Source: Eledone cirrhosa
Lineage: Eukaryota
Direction: 5' to 3'
Assembly (NCBI GenBank): GCA_964016885.1
Contig: OZ024759.1
Location: forward strand, 34,162,001 to 34,226,000
Length of the DNA: 64,000 nucleotides
A program made the position numbers and the translations under genes. The notes under the pieces were generated by a model. It saw only the letters and a program-made list of their open reading frames with translations. It searched no databases and was not told the origin of the DNA. Below are positions 60,945 through 64,000 of the stretch, in pieces (position 1 is the stretch's first letter; every line of letters starts with the position of its first letter).

Positions 60945-63900
60945 CAAACAAACAAATTAACAACACACCAAAACAATTAAAACCATCCACTCTCGCCTCT
61001 ACATTTTTGCTTAACGCCCAAGGCATCAGCCCTTCCACCAATACTCAAAAATGGAAGATCAAATTCCTGGAGGACTGGATTGATGTCCATCCAAACCACA
61101 TCCCTTTCTTCGTCCTCACTGAAACCCATCTCAGTAACCTCCACTTGGAAGCCGAGGTGAAAGTGAAAAATTTCAAAGCCATCCGTGCTGATCGCGCTGG
61201 CAGAAGAAAGGGCGGAACTGCCATTTATGTCCATAATTCTTTCTCAACAGAGGCTATGAACATATTCACTAATGGATACTGTGAGGCAGTCACTGTATTC
61301 AGTCAAACTAACAACCTATTAGTAGTTGGGCTCTATAGGCCACCCCAAACGCCTGTACCATGCTTCAAGGAATGCCTCAACAGCATAAAGTGTTTCATCC
61401 AAGAGTGTCACCCTGACAACATCTTAATGATGGGGGACTTCAACCTCCCCGGAGTTGACTGGTCCACAAACACCCTGCCACCAGGTTCTTCTGCCTCAAC
61501 CTCTGACAGGGAAGCTGTGGAATCGCTTCTTGACTTCATGGATGATTTCTTCCTATCCCAACTAGTTCTCGAACCAACGAGGTGCCACAAAAACGTCCTA
61601 GACTTAATTTTCAGCAATCACACTGACAATATCCACAATATTGCAGTGGAGAAAACTCTACTCTCTGATCATGACATGGTTCTCTGTGATCTGAGATTCC
61701 ACCGTCCAATATACAAACCCAATGTCATTTCTCCTGTCCATCCGTTTGACGCTATGGATTTCCACAATGCAAACTGGGAAGCGATCAGTCATGATCTTGC
61801 ACATGTCGACTGGTCCTTCACGCACACTCATACTCCCACTAACATCAAAAAGTCCTGGCAGACATTTGTGGACACTGTTACAAACATATGTGCTAAACAC
61901 ACCCCATTAAGAACTATAAACAAATCTAAGAGCAGAATCCCTAGAAATAGAAAAACACTCATCAGAAAAATTAAGAGAACGAACAAAAAAATCAACAAGC
62001 TGAAATACTGTCAGCAGCAACACATCAACTTGACTGCCATTTCATCACTAGAGATTAAAAAACATAACCTCCAAAACAACATAATGTCCCTCATCAACAA
62101 TCAGAGAAGAGCTGAAGAGGCCTGGGCCATTGAGAAGATCAAACTCAATCCCAAAGTGTTCTTTTCATTTGCAAGAAAACACAAAATCACTGGCTCTACT
62201 GTTGGCCCTCTAATTGATGAAAATGGCACTCTTCAAGACAATGCTAAAACCATGGGTGAGATACTGCAGAAACAATACTGCTCTGTTTTCAGCAATCCTG
62301 ATATGGTCGATCTGGGCTGTATCGGCGATGTTACTCCCCATTACACCTTATCGGACATAACGTTTGGCGCCCCTGATGTCTTGGCGGCAATAAAGGAAAT
62401 CAAGCATAATTCAGCAGTAGGTCCCGATAGGTTCCCTGCTTGTGTCTTGAAGGCGTGTCAACACCAACTTGCTTCTCCTCTTGCCAATCTGTGGCGGAAC
62501 TCACTGGATGCTGGATATGTGCCAGAAAACCTTCTATCCCAGTCTGTTGTCCCAGTTTTCAAAAAGGGAAACAAATCCCTTGCCGTGAATTACCGTCCAA
62601 TCTCACTCACCTCTCATATCATTAAGGTATTTGAGCGAGTGGTGAGATCGCGAATGACCCACTTCCTTGAGAGTAACAATATGCTAAACTCCAACCAGCA
62701 TGGATTCCGTAATGGAAGGGATTGCCTGACGCAACTACTGCATCACTTTGATGACATTTTGAGAGCCTTGGGAGAGGGTTCCAACACTGATGTTATCTAC
62801 CTTGATTTCAGCAAGGCCTTTGACAGGGTTGATCATAACATTCTACTCAGAAAGCTGTCCAATATTGGTGTCACTGGTAAGCTGCTGCAGTGGATCAAGA
62901 GCTTCCTGTCAAACAGAACCCAACATGTTGTAGTTGAGGGAGTCAAATCAAGCCCAGCCAAAGTCAGTAGTGGAGTCCCACAAGGCACTGTGTTGGGCCC
63001 ACTTCTCTTCATCATCTATATTAATGACATCACTGACATCATCAAACACAGCAACATTAAAATTTTCGCTGATGATTCCAAGCTCCAAAAGGTCATCAAT
63101 GGCGTGGATGACCGGATAAGCCTTCAGTCAGACCTACTGGCTGTTACCCAATGGGCAGAAAAGAACAACATGTTACTGAACGAAGACAAATTCGAACTGA
63201 TCCACTTTGGAAAAGAGGATGCTCTGAAACTCCCGTACTCCCTTCCCTCCGGGGAAACTCTCGTGGCATCTAACAACATCAGAGACTTGGGAGTAACCGT
63301 GGACAGCAACATAAGCTGGACCACGCATATAAGCAGCAAAGTTGACATGGCCCGCAGAATGTGTTCCTGGATCCTCAGAACCTTCCAGTCGAGAGATTCC
63401 CGCACCATTATCCTTCTCTTCTCTACTTTCGCCCGACCACACCTTGAATACTGTTGTCCACTGTGGTCTCCCCACACGAAACAAAGTATCATGAAACTTG
63501 AAGCTCCTCAAAGGGCAATCACGAAAAAGATAGATGGCATGTCAGACCTTGACTACTGGGGTCGATTGGAAAACCTGAAACTTTACTCACTCCAACGTCG
63601 CCGTGAGCGTTATATTATCTGCATGATGTGGAAAATGTTCCATCATCACTGCCCAAATGATGTTGGCATCGCCTTCAAGATACACCCAAGGCTTGGGCCC
63701 CGTGCTATCCGTCCCATTCAAAAATCTAAATCGCAACTCATAACAACAATACGGCACAATTATTTCACCTCAATCGGCCCTGCTCTCTTCAACATCACAC
63801 CAGGACACGTCAAAACAGAAACTGACCACACAAAATTCAAGAAGTCTTTGGACAAATTCCTCCAAGTAATCCCGGACAAACCACCCACACCCGGATATGT

Positions 63901-64000
63901 CTCCGCAAACAGTAATTCTCTTCTCGAATGGGCCATGGTGCCCAAATCCTGAATTGAAAGACTTCGCCAGGTGGTGCTATTAAGTTAGACATGGCCTGGG
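59840..64000 (+). mobile_element. Near full-length CR1-clade LINE, 5' end embedded in (TA)n; continues beyond the window
   Basis: ORF1 + ORF2 + start of the 3' UTR. The 3' part matches the copy at 30815-31191. Confidence 0.93.
60932..63952 (+). CDS. Non-LTR retrotransposon ORF2 (APE endonuclease + reverse transcriptase), CR1 clade; intact, no AUG at its 5' end
   Basis: Uninterrupted 1006-codon ORF. APE motifs: LLNAQG, LTETHL, YRPP, GDFNLP, LDLIFSN, SDH. RT motifs: [53 protein letters not shown]1-type C-terminus: [14 protein letters not shown]...[12 protein letters not shown]. The frame is open from 60815. Confidence 0.96.

Noticed and set aside
60977-63945. Small alternative-frame and antisense ORFs within the LINE
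   Set aside because: Shadow ORFs of ORF2 with no independent motifs.

Overview
Eukaryotic, extremely AT-rich, gene-poor window. Roughly half of it is interrupted (TA)n microsatellite, and there is a 200-N scaffold gap at 51928-52127. The SINE families resemble those I recall from octopus genomes (inference). I could not support any host protein-coding exon; almost all ORF-track entries are microsatellite translation artefacts. The real content is mobile DNA. (1) A young CR1-clade LINE (59840 to beyond 64000) with an intact 1006-codon APE+RT ORF2, an ORF1 carrying poly-Q and two CCCH zinc fingers, and an ORF1/ORF2 -1 overlap with two in-phase slippery heptamers; a near-identical 5'-truncated copy lies at 30815-31191. 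(2) Two RTE-type LINE remnants, one 5'-inverted and one that seeded a 13-bp minisatellite. (3) About 10 copies of a tRNA-derived SINE plus other SINEs. (4) A hAT-like non-autonomous element. (5) 79-bp and ~71-bp tandem arrays. (6) A dispersed set of short, mutually unrelated elements and 200-500 bp head-to-head palindromes carrying minimal type-I hammerhead-ribozyme motifs, usually followed by AATAAA and mostly abutting (TA)n, consistent with Penelope-like-element termini or non-autonomous ribozyme retroelements.
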